Of a DNA stretch of 64,000 nucleotides, positions 63,567 through 64,000 are shown in pieces. The notes under the pieces are model-generated. The model was not told where the DNA came from and searched no databases. It saw only the letters and a list, made by a program, of their open reading frames with translations. Position numbers and translations under genes: made by a program. The DNA comes from Takakia lepidozioides (Eukaryota > Plantae > Bryophyta): NCBI GenBank assembly GCA_030704615.1, contig CM060733.1:33294001-33358000 (forward strand), written 5' to 3'. The number at the start of each line of letters is the position of its first letter. Within the stretch, counting starts at the first letter, position 1.

Positions 63567-64000
63567 CGTGACAGCTGTGTCAAGCGGTGACTGGCTGTGT
63601 TTGGCTGTGTCGGGCTGTGACTGGCTGTGTGGCTGTGCCGGGCTGTGACTGGCTGTGTGGGCTGTGTCTGCTGTGACGACTGTGACGGGCTGTGTGGGCT
63701 GTGTCGGCTGTGTGGGCTGTGACGACTGTGACGGGCTGTGTTGGCTGTGTGGCCTGTGACTGCTGTGTCGGCTGTGTGGGCTATGTAACCCCCCTCTACA
63801 GTGCGCTGCTGTCACCCCTAAGGCTCCTGTTGGTCTCAGTCTGTGCAAAAATTAAGGGTACCCTACAGATCCCGTATAAGTGTCTAAGTCCCCTACAGTC
63901 CTCTAACATTACCCCTTCCCCCCTCAAAAAGCCGTGTCCTCACGGTTTACTGTTTCCGAGTAGCAAACCTTTGTGAGTGAGCACCTTGTTGACGTTGAGA
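63567..64000 (-). mobile_element. 3' LTR (63567-63908) and PPT of the same family as 44574-45817
   Basis: Same ggctgtg microsatellite and ggctcctgttggtctcagtctg.gcaaaaattaagggtacc block. Confidence 0.75.

Overview
This is eukaryotic DNA (GT-AG introns, Ty3/gypsy LTR elements, PLS-type PPR remnants), most plausibly from a non-seed land plant; the taxon is an inference. About 90% of the window is nested transposons, and the only clearly intact host gene is an A1-family aspartic protease (56026-58886). The main finding is a group of large Mutator-like (MULE) DNA transposons. Each pairs a GCM/WRKY-like + DDE + SWIM transposase with a divergently transcribed, intron-containing cargo gene encoding a ParB/Srx-like domain fused to a prokaryote-type beta-class amino (N6A/N4C) DNA methyltransferase domain. 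One complete 11.36-kb copy (172-11526) has degenerate TIRs and a perfect 9-bp TSD, sits inside a gypsy pol, and carries an open 10-exon, ~1135-aa ParB-MTase gene. Degraded copies of two related subfamilies fill 14-43 kb and 60.7-62 kb. Each subfamily is studded with its own 22-bp palindrome, and all three share the geometry GAA-N3-CG-N4-CG-N3-TTC. This suggests a parS-like self-recognition or self-marking (possibly anti-silencing) module. Domain names come from motif recognition by eye, not from database searches.
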